A stretch of DNA of 64,000 bases from Actinomycetes bacterium (GTDB taxonomy: Bacteria > Actinomycetota > Actinomycetes > S36-B12): contig JAHECS010000013.1 in NCBI GenBank assembly GCA_024641635.1, forward strand, positions 9,482 to 73,481, read 5' to 3'. Position numbers and translations under genes: made by a program. Positions within the stretch are counted from its first letter, which is position 1. Every line of letters begins with the position of its first letter. The notes under the pieces were generated by a model. That model had not been told where the DNA came from. It did not search any database and saw nothing but the letters and a program-made list of their open reading frames with translations. Positions 1 to 10,205 of the stretch are shown piece by piece.

Positions 1-656
1 CTGGCCCCGTCCTCGAGGGCCTTGGCGTCGCCGGCGGTCTCGTCGACGTCTGCGCCAACGGCTCGACTGAGCTCCTGAACGACGTGGCGCCGGGCGCCCT
101 TGCCACGCTCCAGGTCGCGCCGGGCACCTACACGCTCACGGTGCATGCAGGCGCCGGCGGGTGCGCGAGCCCGGCACTGCTGACAACGCAGGCGACGGTC
201 AAGGCCGGCAAGAACTACACGGTCACGGCGAACCTGTTCCTCACGGGCAGCACAGACCCCAAGACGGCGGTTGCTCCGACGCTGAATGTGTTCGCGAACA
301 ACATCGCCAAGCTGGCCAAGACGCGCAAGCAGGCCATCAAGAACGGCCTGGGTCGCGTCACCGTCCGGCACATCGCCGTGGCTCCGGCCGTCGACGTCTT
401 CGTCAACGGGACCGAGGCGTTCGGGGACCTGACCAACCCGAACCAGGTCCAGAGCAAGCTCAAGAAGGGCACCTACCAGGTGGCGGCCGGACTCGCTAAC
501 GCTGGCACCGCCGGTATCGCTCTCGGCCCGGTTCCGCTGCAGGTCAAGCGGGGCTACAACGTCATCGCCTATGCCTGGGGCATCCCGCAGTCTGCTGGAG
601 GCGCGGGCGTTCAGGTGGCGGTCCAGTACGTGAAGGTGAACGTGCCGAAGCGCTAG
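1..656 (+). CDS. DUF4397-like exported protein, 5' end outside the window
   Basis: The frame is open from the window edge (..VDVCANGSTELLNDVAPG..) to TAG 654-656. It has repeated beta-rich 'GTYxxxV' segments and strong GC3 bias. Confidence 0.55.
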   Translation, partial: GPVLEGLGVAGGLVDVCANGSTELLNDVAPGALATLQVAPGTYTLTVHAGAGGCASPALLTTQATVKAGKNYTVTANLFLTGSTDPKTAVAPTLNVFANNIAKLAKTRKQAIKNGLGRVTVRHIAVAPAVDVFVNGTEAFGDLTNPNQVQSKLKKGTYQVAAGLANAGTAGIALGPVPLQVKRGYNVIAYAWGIPQSAGGAGVQVAVQYVKVNVPKR

Positions 657-680
657 TCCCGCACGAGCACGATCACGGTC

Positions 681-712
681 GAGCCGCGTCACCCCCCGGG
701 GTGGCGCGGCTC
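681..712. terminator. GC-rich hairpin between convergent genes (candidate bidirectional terminator)
   Basis: GAGCCGCGTCACCCC (681-695) pairs with GGGGTGGCGCGGCTC (698-712) with one G-U pair. It lies between stop 654-656 (+) and stop 722-724 (-). There is no clear U-tract. Confidence 0.4.
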
Positions 713-721
713 GTCCATGTC

Positions 722-2236
722 CTAGCCCCGCATCGGCACCCGCCACACGGGGCGGAGGGCACCGGACTCCCGCAGGCCGAGCGCCTGCTCGAGGGCGTGC
801 CCGACGGCGAGCAGCAGCGGCTCTGTTCCCGCCCGGCCGACGAGCGAGATGCCCACGGGCAGCCCGTCGACGATGCCCATCGGCACGGTGAGGATGGGCC
901 AGCCGAGGATTGCCGCCGGTGTGCAGACGCTCCCGCCGCCGGAGATCTGGTCGCCGTGCACGAGGTCGGACTTCCACGCGGGCTGGTACGCCGGGGCGAC
1001 GAGGACGTCGGCACGCTCGAACGCCGGCCCGAGGCAGGCGTCCCGGGCGAACTCCACGTTGCGTGCTCGCGCCTGCTGGTAGGCATCGTCGGCCCGTCCG
1101 CCACACGCCGCGGCCTGCGCGAGGTACTCCTGGCCGAACCACCGGAGTTCGCCCTGGGCATGTGCCTCGTTGAAGTCCACGACGTCGGAGACCGCTCGCA
1201 CACCGGGTCCGGGCCGCCCGGAGAGGTAGGAGTCCAGGTCGTCCCGCATCTCGCCGACCAGGACGGTGACCTGATCGGCGAGGACCTGCCCATCGTTGGG
1301 CGGAACATAGACCGGGAGGGTGGACGCGACGGAGGGCGTCAGCGCCTCGACCGCGGAAGCGAACGCCGCGTCGGTGCCGGAGTGCCCGGACAGCCACTGA
1401 TCGACGACCCCCACCCGCACCGTTGCCGCCGAGTCGGGGACGCAGGCGGCGACGCAGTCATCGCGCCCGGCGAGGACCTCGTAGACGATGGCCGCATCGA
1501 GGACGCTGCGCGTCAGCGGACCCGGGACGTCCTGGCTGGCGCTGATCGGCACCACCTGCCGGGCCGACACCGATCCCACGGTCGGCTTGAGCCCCACGAC
1601 GCCGTTGAGCGCTGCCGGGCAGGTGATGGAGCCGTTCGTCTCGGTGCCGATGGCGACCGGCGCGAGGCCTGCGGCGACGGCGGCGCCGGATCCCGATGAC
1701 GACCCGCCGGCGCTGCGATCGAGGGACCACGGATTCCCGGTGAGCCCGCCCACCGCGGACCAGCCGCTCGTCGAGTGGGGGGAGCGGAAGTTGGCCCATT
1801 CGGAGAGGTTCGTCGAGCCGAGGACCACCGCGCCGGCCGCGCGGAGCCGAGCGATGATGGGGGCGTCCGACGTCACGGCCCGACCGGCAAGCGCGAGCGA
1901 ACCCGCCGTGCCGGGCAGCCCGACCGCCTCGATGTTGTCCTTGACGAGAACCGGGACGCCGTGGAGCGGCCCGCGAACACGGCCGTCTGCGCGTTCGGAG
2001 TCCCGTTCGGTCGCGATCGACAGCGCATCGACGGACACAGCGATGACAGCCTGGATCGCGAGTGGGCTGTCAGCTGCATCGATGGCGGCGACGCGGTCGA
2101 GCAGGTCGGATGTCACCTCGCCTGACGTCGTCGAGCCTTCGCCGAGGGCGGCAGCGAGCTCCGTGAGCGTGAGGCTGGCGACGGCTGCGCTCGCGGGATG
2201 CGGATCGGTGGGCGTCATGGCGACACTCTGGCGCAT
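722..2236 (-). CDS. Amidase (amidase-signature family, GatA-like)
   Basis: Carries the AS signature GGSSSGSGAAVAAGLAPVAIGTETNGSITCPAALNGVVGLKPT. An alternative start is at 2218 (MTPTD..). Confidence 0.85.
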   Translation of the reverse strand: MRQSVAMTPTDPHPASAAVASLTLTELAAALGEGSTTSGEVTSDLLDRVAAIDAADSPLAIQAVIAVSVDALSIATERDSERADGRVRGPLHGVPVLVKDNIEAVGLPGTAGSLALAGRAVTSDAPIIARLRAAGAVVLGSTNLSEWANFRSPHSTSGWSAVGGLTGNPWSLDRSAGGSSSGSGAAVAAGLAPVAIGTETNGSITCPAALNGVVGLKPTVGSVSARQVVPISASQDVPGPLTRSVLDAAIVYEVLAGRDDCVAACVPDSAATVRVGVVDQWLSGHSGTDAAFASAVEALTPSVASTLPVYVPPNDGQVLADQVTVLVGEMRDDLDSYLSGRPGPGVRAVSDVVDFNEAHAQGELRWFGQEYLAQAAACGGRADDAYQQARARNVEFARDACLGPAFERADVLVAPAYQPAWKSDLVHGDQISGGGSVCTPAAILGWPILTVPMGIVDGLPVGISLVGRAGTEPLLLAVGHALEQALGLRESGALRPVWRVPMRG

Positions 2237-2279
2237 CGAGCGCGGCTCGCGCGCACACCCCCGGGGCTAGCATCGAACG

Positions 2280-3263
2280 GTGCACGCCCACGCCGGTCAC
2301 GTCCATCGCCACGACAATCCGGGTCTTGCGGCGTGGGCTTGGCTGTCGATCGCCGCCGCCGTCGTCACCATCGGGCTCAAGTCCACGGCCTACCTGCTGA
2401 CCGGGTCGGTCGGCCTGCTGTCGGATGCACTCGAGTCGACGGTCAACCTCGTCGCTGCCGTCCTGGCGCTCGTCGCGATCCGGATCGCCGCCCGGCCCGC
2501 GGACGATACCCACCACTTCGGGCACGGGAAGGTCGAGTACTTCTCGGCTGGCGCCGAGGGGCTCATGATCGTCGTCGCCGCCGGGCTCATCGTGTTCTCC
2601 GCCGTGCAGCGGCTGCTGGATCCCCAGCCACTCGAGGAGCTGGGAGTGGGCCTGGCGATCACCGTCCTGGCCACCGCCGTCAACGGTGTCGTCGGGGTCC
2701 TCGTCCTGCGTGCCGGACGGCGCCATCGCTCGATCGTCCTCGTCGCCGACGGCAAGCACCTGCTGACGGATGTCTGGACCTCGGTCGGCGTGGTCGTCGG
2801 CGTCGGCGTCGTCGCCCTCACGGGTTGGCTGCCGCTCGACTCGATCGTCGCGATCGCGGTCGCGATCAACATCGTGTGGACGGGCGGTGGGCTGGTCCGG
2901 CACGCACTTCGGGGCCTGATGGACCACGCACTGCCACAGCCGGATGTCGACTTGGTCGTCGAGGCACTGCGAGGCGTCTCCCGGGACTACCCGGAAGGCA
3001 ACGTCGGGTACCACGCGCTCCAGACCCGCGAGTCGGGACGGGAGCGATTCGTGTCCATGCACGTGCTGGTGCCGGGGGACTGGACCGTGGGGCGCGGCCA
3101 CGACCTGCTCGAGCGCATCGAGGCCGACGTCCGCGAAGCCCTGCCTGGTGCGCACGTGCACACCCACCTCGAGCCACGGGAGGACCCGCGGTCCTACGAC
3201 GACGCAGCAGGTGGCCTTGCGGTGCCCCTCGACTCGACTGGCGAGGCCGGCACGGGGTCGTAG
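2280..3263 (+). CDS. Cation diffusion facilitator (CDF) family metal efflux transporter
   Basis: GTG start. His-rich N-terminus (HAHAGHVHRH), six predicted TM helices, an LLSDALES-type motif in TM2, and a cytoplasmic C-terminal domain. Confidence 0.85.
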   Translation: MHAHAGHVHRHDNPGLAAWAWLSIAAAVVTIGLKSTAYLLTGSVGLLSDALESTVNLVAAVLALVAIRIAARPADDTHHFGHGKVEYFSAGAEGLMIVVAAGLIVFSAVQRLLDPQPLEELGVGLAITVLATAVNGVVGVLVLRAGRRHRSIVLVADGKHLLTDVWTSVGVVVGVGVVALTGWLPLDSIVAIAVAINIVWTGGGLVRHALRGLMDHALPQPDVDLVVEALRGVSRDYPEGNVGYHALQTRESGRERFVSMHVLVPGDWTVGRGHDLLERIEADVREALPGAHVHTHLEPREDPRSYDDAAGGLAVPLDSTGEAGTGS

Positions 3264-3352
3264 CGGTCGACCGTGTCACCTTCGGCCCCCGGCCCGTTCC
3301 GAGGCCCTCGCTAGACTGACCCCGCTCATCGTCGAGAGAGAGAGGCGACGCC

Positions 3353-5518
3353 TTGCACCAGCCTGACGCCGGTCAGCTGCGCGCCGGCGGCGAGGTCGCG
3401 AGCATCGAGACGGAATCGCGGCTGCACGACTTCGTCCGGGCGCAGGTGGATCCCCACGTCGTACTGGTGGCCGTTCGCGACGCGTCCGGACGCGTGGTCG
3501 ACTTCGTCTTCGAGGACGCCAACGAGTCCGCGGCGGCCTTCCACGTCCGACCCGTGGGGGACCTTGTCGGCCGCAGTGTCCTCGACGTCCTTGGGCGTGA
3601 AGGCGGCTCCGCCGACGTCATCGCGGCGGCCGCCGTCCTCGCGACAGGCGATGCAGCGGTGCAGAACGACGAGTGGTCATATGTGCGGGAGCGTCAAGAC
3701 GCGCCGCCCACGTGGCTCGACGTGCGCATCTCCCCGGTCGACCCCGACCGCGTGTCCTACGCCTGGCGGGACGTGACGGAACGGTTCACGGCCCGGCAGC
3801 GCACGGCGCAGGCCCACGACCTGCTCCGAGCGGTCATTGACGCCCAGATCGACCCGCACGTCATCCTGCGCGCCGTCCGTGACGGGGACGGCGTGGTCAC
3901 GGACTTCGCCTACGTCGACGCCAACGAGGCGGCTGCCCGGTTCGAAGGGCTGCCGCGTGAGGAGCTGCTGGGACGCACCGTCCGCGAGGTGTACCGGGAC
4001 GGCGCCGAGGCCGACGGGGACATTGCCGACTGCGCGCGCGTCCTCGAGAGCGGCGAGGCGCTGGTCGCGGACGACGTGGTGACCCTCTCCTACGTCGACG
4101 ACCAGGGCCGAAGGTGCGTGGTCGACATCCGCGTGGTCGCCATCGACGACGAGCGCGTCTCGTACACCTGGCGCGACGTGACGAGTGAGCACCTGGCCAA
4201 GAGGCAGCTGGACGAGGCGCGCGACGAGGCGACCCGAGCGCACGAGCTGCTGCGCATCGTCATCAACGCCCAGGTGGAGCCGCACGTCCTCCTGAGCGCC
4301 GTGAGGGACGACGCGGGCCGCATCGTCGACTTCGTCTGCGAGGACGCGAACGAGGCGGCCGTGACCTTCGAGCGGCTGCCGCGCGAGGCGATGGTGGGTC
4401 GGAGACTGCTGGAGTTCTATGCCTCGAGGGAGGAGGCGGAGGAGGACATCCACGAGTGCGCGCGGGCCCTCGAGGCGCAGCAGCCGATCGTCCTCACCGA
4501 GGCTCCGACGATCGGCTACAGGGACGACGCCGGCCGGACGCGGATCGTGGACGTGAGCATCGTGCCTATCGACCGAGACCGCGTGTCGTACACATATCGC
4601 GACGTCACCGATCGGCACCTGGCGCGCCGGTTGCTTGCTGAGTCCGAGGAGCGTTTCCGGCTGCTCGCCGAGAACATGTCGGACCTCGTCATCCTCATCC
4701 GGGACGGCATCGTCGCGTGGGCATCGCCCTCCGTGACCCGGGCCCTGGGCTGGACCTCCGATGAGCTCGTGGGCAGAAGCGCCGAACTCCTCTCGCACCC
4801 GGATGACACCACGCACGTGATGTCGCGGTGGCTGGCCGTACCCGAGGGCAGCCTGCCCCGGTTGCGCTACCGCGTCCGCTCCCGCACCGGCGATGCCCAC
4901 TGGGTCGACGCCGAGGGCACCGTGGTCATGGACGACGGCGTGCGCACGGTCATCGTCGCGGCCCGCATCGTCGACGCCGAGGTGGATGCGCTCCGTCGGC
5001 TCGAGCAGCTGGCCCGGCATGACGAGTTGACCGGGCTCGTGAACAGGCACGCCGTGTTCGACCAGATCCGACTGGCCGTGGCTCCCGAGTCCCGGTCCGG
5101 TGAGCGGACCGCCGTTGCCTTCTGCGACCTGGACGGCTTCAAGGATGTCAACGACGAGTACGGGCACACCGGCGGAGACGAGGTGCTGCGCAGCGTCGCC
5201 AGCCGGCTGTCGATGGCGGTGCGGTCGGGTGACGTGGTGTCGCGCATCGGGGGCGACGAGCTGCTGATCGTGCTCAACGGTGTCCGCGACATCGACGACG
5301 CCGTCCGGATCGCAGGGAAGCTCGGCGACGTCGTTCGACAGCCGGTCGAGGTGCCTGGAGGGGTCGCCCGGGTGAGCGCGAGCATCGGCGTCACCCTGAT
5401 CGAGCAGGGGGAGTCCGTGGACGGCATCGTGGCCCGAGCGGATGCCGCGATGTACTCGGCCAAGCGGCAGGGCAAGGACACCGTGGCGGCTATTGCTGGG
5501 CCGACTCCGGATCGGTGA
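3353..5518 (+). CDS. Multi-PAS sensor diguanylate cyclase (GGDEF domain, GGDEL variant with RxxD I-site)
   Basis: Three tandem homologous PAS-like modules each end in 'RVSYxWRDVT'. A fourth PAS follows, then [11 protein letters not shown]...[18 protein letters not shown]. Confidence 0.85.
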   Translation: MHQPDAGQLRAGGEVASIETESRLHDFVRAQVDPHVVLVAVRDASGRVVDFVFEDANESAAAFHVRPVGDLVGRSVLDVLGREGGSADVIAAAAVLATGDAAVQNDEWSYVRERQDAPPTWLDVRISPVDPDRVSYAWRDVTERFTARQRTAQAHDLLRAVIDAQIDPHVILRAVRDGDGVVTDFAYVDANEAAARFEGLPREELLGRTVREVYRDGAEADGDIADCARVLESGEALVADDVVTLSYVDDQGRRCVVDIRVVAIDDERVSYTWRDVTSEHLAKRQLDEARDEATRAHELLRIVINAQVEPHVLLSAVRDDAGRIVDFVCEDANEAAVTFERLPREAMVGRRLLEFYASREEAEEDIHECARALEAQQPIVLTEAPTIGYRDDAGRTRIVDVSIVPIDRDRVSYTYRDVTDRHLARRLLAESEERFRLLAENMSDLVILIRDGIVAWASPSVTRALGWTSDELVGRSAELLSHPDDTTHVMSRWLAVPEGSLPRLRYRVRSRTGDAHWVDAEGTVVMDDGVRTVIVAARIVDAEVDALRRLEQLARHDELTGLVNRHAVFDQIRLAVAPESRSGERTAVAFCDLDGFKDVNDEYGHTGGDEVLRSVASRLSMAVRSGDVVSRIGGDELLIVLNGVRDIDDAVRIAGKLGDVVRQPVEVPGGVARVSASIGVTLIEQGESVDGIVARADAAMYSAKRQGKDTVAAIAGPTPDR

Positions 5519-5999
5519 TGTCGGCGACGGTGCAGCCAAGGACGCGGATGACGTCGTCCGCCTCGGCGACGGCTGCGACGCCGTGCGCCCCGGCCCCGAG
5601 GGACACCGACCGGCCCGCCATGCGCTGATCGGCGACGACGGGCCACGGGACGGTCGACCCGAAGGGGGTGATCGTGCCCCGCCGGTAGCCGGTCACGGTG
5701 AAGGCCATGTCGGCGTCCGGCATCGACAGCCGACGCACTCCCAGCAGGTCGCGCAGCTTGGGCCACGAGATGGTGCGATCACCCGGGACGAGCGCGAACA
5801 GGAAGTCGTCCTCGGCACGGCGTACGACGATGGTCTTGATGACGTCGCGCGGCTGCACCCCCCGCGCGACGGCGGCCTCGGCCAGGCTGGCGACCCGTCC
5901 GTGGCGCACGATGCGGTAGGGCAGGGCGGCGGCGTCCATGGCCGCGATCGCCCGCGCCTCACCGTCGCCCTGATCGGTCACGAGGGCAGTCTCCCGCAT
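5490..5999 (-). CDS. YbaK/EbsC-type aminoacyl-tRNA editing (deacylase) domain protein
   Basis: YbaK-like pattern (..[41 protein letters not shown]..). The start was chosen at MRETAL (5999). The ORF-track start at 6092 would overlap cysK. Confidence 0.7.
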   Translation of the reverse strand: MRETALVTDQGDGEARAIAAMDAAALPYRIVRHGRVASLAEAAVARGVQPRDVIKTIVVRRAEDDFLFALVPGDRTISWPKLRDLLGVRRLSMPDADMAFTVTGYRRGTITPFGSTVPWPVVADQRMAGRSVSLGAGAHGVAAVAEADDVIRVLGCTVADITDPESAQQ

Positions 6000-6041
6000 C
6001 GGGTTCCCACCCGCGCTGGCGGGCAGACGGAGGGTAGTGGA

Positions 6042-6986
6042 ATGATCAATCACATGCGCATCGCCAACGACATCACCGAGCTGGTCGGCCACACCCCTCT
6101 CGTCCGCCTACGGCATGTGACGGACGGGGCCTCGGCGGAGGTTGCCGCCAAGCTGGAGTTCTTCAACCCGGCCCACTCGGTCAAGGACCGGATCGGGCTG
6201 GCGATGATCGACGCCGCGCAGGAGGCCGGGCTGATCGGGCCAGACACCATCGTGGTCGAGCCCACCAGTGGGAACACCGGCATCGCGCTAGCCATGGTGT
6301 GCGCGGCCCGCGGCATCAAGATCGTCCTCACCATGCCGGAGACGATGTCCGTCGAGCGCCGGGCGCTGCTCCGGGGCTACGGCGCCGAGCTCATCCTCAC
6401 GCCCGGCTCGGAGGGCATGGGCGGCGCCATCGCCAAGGCGACCGAGCTCGCTGCCAGCGACCCCCGCTACTTCATGCCCCAGCAGTTCATGAACGAGGCC
6501 AACCCGGAGGTCCATCGCCGCACCACGGCCGAGGAGATCTGGGACGACACCGAGGGCACCGTCGACATCTTCATCTCTGGCGTGGGCACCGGTGGCACGA
6601 TCACCGGTGTCGGCCAGGTGCTGAAGGATCGCAAGCCGGGAGTCGAGATCATCGCGGTCGAGCCGGCCGCCTCGCCGGTGCTCCAGGGTGGGCCGAAGGG
6701 TCCGCATCCCATCCAGGGGATCGGCGCGGGCTTCATCCCGGCGATCCTCGACACGGAGGTCTACGACGAAGTCATCGGCGTCCAGGCCGACGACGCCATG
6801 GCCATGGCACGCCGTGCCGCCACCGAGGAGGGCCTGCTCGTCGGGATCTCGTCGGGAGCGGCCCTGTGGGCCGCTCGAGAGGTTGCCCAGCGCCCCGAGA
6901 ACGCGGGGAAGCTGATCGTGGTCATCGTGCCCTCCTTCGGCGAGCGGTACCTGTCGACTGCGCTGTTCGCCGGCCTGGCGGAATGA
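6042..6986 (+). CDS. cysK: Cysteine synthase A (O-acetylserine sulfhydrylase)
   Basis: PLP-lysine region [23 protein letters not shown], and [10 protein letters not shown]. An alternative start is at 6054. Confidence 0.9.
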   Translation: MINHMRIANDITELVGHTPLVRLRHVTDGASAEVAAKLEFFNPAHSVKDRIGLAMIDAAQEAGLIGPDTIVVEPTSGNTGIALAMVCAARGIKIVLTMPETMSVERRALLRGYGAELILTPGSEGMGGAIAKATELAASDPRYFMPQQFMNEANPEVHRRTTAEEIWDDTEGTVDIFISGVGTGGTITGVGQVLKDRKPGVEIIAVEPAASPVLQGGPKGPHPIQGIGAGFIPAILDTEVYDEVIGVQADDAMAMARRAATEEGLLVGISSGAALWAAREVAQRPENAGKLIVVIVPSFGERYLSTALFAGLAE

Positions 6987-7756
6987 GCCGTAAGCGGGGT
7001 GCCCTGGCCCGTCTGCGGACGACCGCGCGTGTCGTCACGCAGACGATGCGCAGCGACCTCGCCTCCGTGGTGGAGCGGGACCCCGCGGCACGCAGCGAGC
7101 TCGAGGTCGCGCTCATGTACCCGGGGGTCCATGCGGTGTGGGCGCACCGCCTCAGCCACGCGATGTGGCGGCAGGGTGCCTACCTGCCGGCCCGAGCCCT
7201 GTCCCAGGTCTCCCGATTCTGGACGAACATCGAGATCCACCCGGCGGCCACCCTCGGCCCACGGCTGTTCATCGACCATGGGGCCGGCGTCGTCATCGGC
7301 GAGACCGCCGAGGTCGGCGCCGACGTCACGATCTACCACGGCGTGACACTCGGCGGGACGAGCCTGAGCCACGGCAAGCGGCATCCCACCATCTGCGACC
7401 GCGTGACCGTCGGCGCGGGGGCCAAGGTGCTGGGCAACCTCACCGTCGGTGCCGACTCCCGCATCGGCGCGAACGCGGTCCTCGTCCGATCCGTCGAGGA
7501 CCACTCGGTGGTCGTCGGCGTGCCCGGCCAGGTCATCGCCCATGGCACCGCGGCCGCCCCGGACACCCGCCCGAAGCAGGACAGCCCGACGGCTCCGGAC
7601 CCGCTGGGCCTGGCCGTGGGGACGCTGCTCAACCGCGTGCAGGAGCTCGAGGCGCACATTCACGGCGTGGACCACCATCACCACGAGCACGGCCCGCATC
7701 GCACGCCCACGGGTGATTGGGAGCTGGACGTCGACGCGATCGACTACGTCATCTAG
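6983..7756 (+). CDS. cysE: Serine O-acetyltransferase with extended His-rich C-terminal tail ending in Ile
   Basis: ATGA start/stop overlap with cysK. Hexapeptide-repeat core ([28 protein letters not shown]..). The tail reads ..[13 protein letters not shown]...DAIDYVI. Confidence 0.85.
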   Translation: MSRKRGALARLRTTARVVTQTMRSDLASVVERDPAARSELEVALMYPGVHAVWAHRLSHAMWRQGAYLPARALSQVSRFWTNIEIHPAATLGPRLFIDHGAGVVIGETAEVGADVTIYHGVTLGGTSLSHGKRHPTICDRVTVGAGAKVLGNLTVGADSRIGANAVLVRSVEDHSVVVGVPGQVIAHGTAAAPDTRPKQDSPTAPDPLGLAVGTLLNRVQELEAHIHGVDHHHHEHGPHRTPTGDWELDVDAIDYVI

Positions 7757-7819
7757 GGATGCCGCGTCAGGCATGGCCGTCGGGTGACGCTGAAGGACGC
7801 TCGTACTGACGAGCCGCCG

Positions 7820-9451
7820 CTAGAAGCGGCCGATGAGCGGGGCCACGACGACCTTGACGATCATCGCGGCAGGGTAGACGAGGGCGTACCCGAGGTTGAC
7901 CCGTGGATCCTCGCGGGTGCTCTCGTTGGCGTACGCGAGAACCGCCGGTTGCGTCTGGGTGCCCGCCAGTATCCCTCCCAGCCGCGGCCCGTAGGTGCCG
8001 GCCAGCAGCCGTTCTCCGAGGATCACCGTTCCGGCCGTGACTGTCGTGACAACGGCGCCGATCGCGAGCAGTCGTGGTCCGGTGGGGCTGCCGAGCGCGT
8101 CGGCCAGGGCGGAGCCCGCATTCGTGCCGGCGTAGGCGAGGAAGAGCATCATGCCGAGCTGGGACAGGGTCGAGGCGACCGAGTGCGGCAGGGTCCACAG
8201 GATCCGGCCGGTCCTGCCTACCCGGCCCACGATCAGCCCCACGAGCAACGGTCCGCCCGCGACCCCGAGGGCGAAGGCGCTCCCGCCGGGCAGCGGGAAC
8301 TCCAGTTCGCCGATGAGGACGCCGATGGCCAGGCCCAGGGCCAGGCTCGTCATGGAGTACGCGGACGCCCCACGCTCGGAGTCGCCGAGGAACTCCGTGA
8401 CGTCCTGCATCCGCGAGCGCGGAGCGACGACGCGCACGCGGTCGCCGACCTGGAGCACGAGGTCGTCGGACGCGAGCAGGTCGACATCACCGCGGCGGAC
8501 CCGGGTCGCGACGGCACCGAACCGACGCCTGAGGCGAAGGTCGCCCAAGGCCTCGCCGGCCACCTTCGCGTTGGACACGGCGATCCGGCGGTAGTCGACG
8601 AGGGAACGGTCGAGCGTGAGCGCCACGGTCGACGGATGCCCGACGGCGGAGGCGAACCGGTCGATGGTCGGCTGGTCCCCGATCACGGTCAGGATGTCGC
8701 CGGGCAGGGGGATCGCATCATCGGTGGCGATGTCGACGATGCCGGCATGCCCCGGCGAGTCACCGCGCATGATCCGGGAGAAGACGATGCGGTGGTCGTA
8801 CTGCTCCGCGAGGGTCCCGAGGTCCGGCAGAGCGGCGGCCTCGACGCGAACCGTCATGGTGTCGAGCGCGGGTGGGGGAGAGTCCTCCACGACCGGCACG
8901 AGGGCCGCCCGCGGGGCGCGCAGCCGGATGCCGAGCATGGTGGCCAGCAGCATCCCCAGCACGCCGAACAGGTAGGTGACGGAGTAGCCGACGGTCGGCA
9001 GGTCGGATGACCACGCCTCGGTGGCGGCCGCGAGAGCAGGCGTGTTGGTGAGCGCCCCCGCGTAGATGCCGGACAGCAGCGGTCCGTCGAGCCCGAAGGC
9101 GCGGGCACTCACGACGGTGACGACGGCGCCGACGAGGAGCGCGACCACGACGACGGCAAGTGCCCGCCCTCCGGTCCGCAGGGCTGCGAAGAACGACGGG
9201 CCGGCACCGACGCCGACGACATACGCGAAGAGCGCCAGTCCGAACACGCCGAGGATCGCCGGCAGTCGGAGGCGGTCGTCGTAGGCGGAGAACGCGAGGG
9301 CCGTGAAGAGCACGGCCGCAGGCCCCAGGCTGAAGCTGCCGATCCGTACGGCCCCGAGCGCGCCGCCGATCGCAAGGATGACGGTGAGCAGCAGCAGCGG
9401 CTGCTCAGCCGCGATGTCGGCGTACCCCCGCAGGAGCTCTCCGACATCCAC
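7820..9451 (-). CDS. AspT/YidE/YbjL-family transporter with two central TrkA-C (RCK_C) domains
   Basis: Duplicated membrane halves flank two soluble repeats (..DLGTLAEQYDHRIVFSRIMRGD.. / ..GEALGDLRLRRRFGAVATRVRRGD..). Confidence 0.75.
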   Translation of the reverse strand: MDVGELLRGYADIAAEQPLLLLTVILAIGGALGAVRIGSFSLGPAAVLFTALAFSAYDDRLRLPAILGVFGLALFAYVVGVGAGPSFFAALRTGGRALAVVVVALLVGAVVTVVSARAFGLDGPLLSGIYAGALTNTPALAAATEAWSSDLPTVGYSVTYLFGVLGMLLATMLGIRLRAPRAALVPVVEDSPPPALDTMTVRVEAAALPDLGTLAEQYDHRIVFSRIMRGDSPGHAGIVDIATDDAIPLPGDILTVIGDQPTIDRFASAVGHPSTVALTLDRSLVDYRRIAVSNAKVAGEALGDLRLRRRFGAVATRVRRGDVDLLASDDLVLQVGDRVRVVAPRSRMQDVTEFLGDSERGASAYSMTSLALGLAIGVLIGELEFPLPGGSAFALGVAGGPLLVGLIVGRVGRTGRILWTLPHSVASTLSQLGMMLFLAYAGTNAGSALADALGSPTGPRLLAIGAVVTTVTAGTVILGERLLAGTYGPRLGGILAGTQTQPAVLAYANESTREDPRVNLGYALVYPAAMIVKVVVAPLIGRF

Positions 9452-9521
9452 GTGCCCATTGTGCTGCCTCTCGGCATGTCAGCGCTTGCAGGGTCGCGTG
9501 ATGGACGTCACTCCGGCCAAG

Positions 9522-9564
9522 TGGTTAAACATTCAACTACAACGTATAGTTGAGACATCAACTA
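9522..9564 (+). promoter_or_regulatory. AT-rich promoter/operator region upstream of the nitroreductase gene
   Basis: TGGTTA (9522-9527) - N17 - TATAGT (9545-9550). Heptamer TCAACTA occurs at 9533-9539 and 9558-9564, and inverted as TAGTTGA at 9547-9553. SD AAGGAGG lies at 9567-9573. Confidence 0.4.
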
Positions 9565-9578
9565 ATAAGGAGGCTGAC

Positions 9579-10196
9579 ATGACCGCGATGCTGGAGAGAC
9601 TGGACGACACCCTCACGACGGACTCGCTCGTCGTCGACCGGATCTTCCGCGAGGGTCGGACCGCATATTCGTTCAACGAGGATCCGGTGACCCAGGATCA
9701 GATCGACCGGATTGCCGACCTCATGCGCTTTCCGCCGACGGCCATGAACGTGCAGCCCCTCCGGGTCGTCCTGGTCCGGTCCGACGAGGCCAAGGCGCGC
9801 CTTCTTCCGCACCTGGCCGAGGGAAACCGCGCGAAGTCGGCGTCCGCACCCGTCGTCGCCATCCTCGCCGCCGACACCGACTTCCACGAGCACCTTCCGC
9901 GCCTGGCCCCTCACGCTCCAGGCGCCCGGGACCGCTTTCTCGACGACGAGGCACGTGAGAGGACCGCGCGATTCAACGCTTCCCTGCAGGCGGGTTACTT
10001 CATCCTCGCCGTCCGGGCGGTCGGCCTGGATGCAGGTCCGATGGGCGGCTTCGATGCGGCCGCCATCGATCGGGACCTGCTGGGGGCCGGCTCGCTGCGC
10101 TCGTTCATGGTCGTGAACATCGGGCACGTCGCCGAGGGAGGGACGTTCCCGCGCAGCCCTCGACTCGACCCGAGCGAGGTGTTCATCGACCTGTGA
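9579..10196 (+). CDS. Nitroreductase-family protein (RutE-like malonic semialdehyde reductase type)
   Basis: Strong SD 6 nt upstream. Nitroreductase-fold pattern (RTAYSFNEDPVT..; ..FMVVNIGH..). Confidence 0.7.
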   Translation: MTAMLERLDDTLTTDSLVVDRIFREGRTAYSFNEDPVTQDQIDRIADLMRFPPTAMNVQPLRVVLVRSDEAKARLLPHLAEGNRAKSASAPVVAILAADTDFHEHLPRLAPHAPGARDRFLDDEARERTARFNASLQAGYFILAVRAVGLDAGPMGGFDAAAIDRDLLGAGSLRSFMVVNIGHVAEGGTFPRSPRLDPSEVFIDL

Positions 10197-10205
10197 CGGT
10201 CGGCG

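Noticed and set aside
5490-5518. 29-nt convergent overlap of the GGDEF gene 3' end with the YbaK-like gene 3' end, and shared CTAG stops at 19204-19207 and 50215-50218.
   Set aside because: Convergent stop overlaps are common in compact high-GC genomes. Nothing suggests a specific antisense regulatory role.
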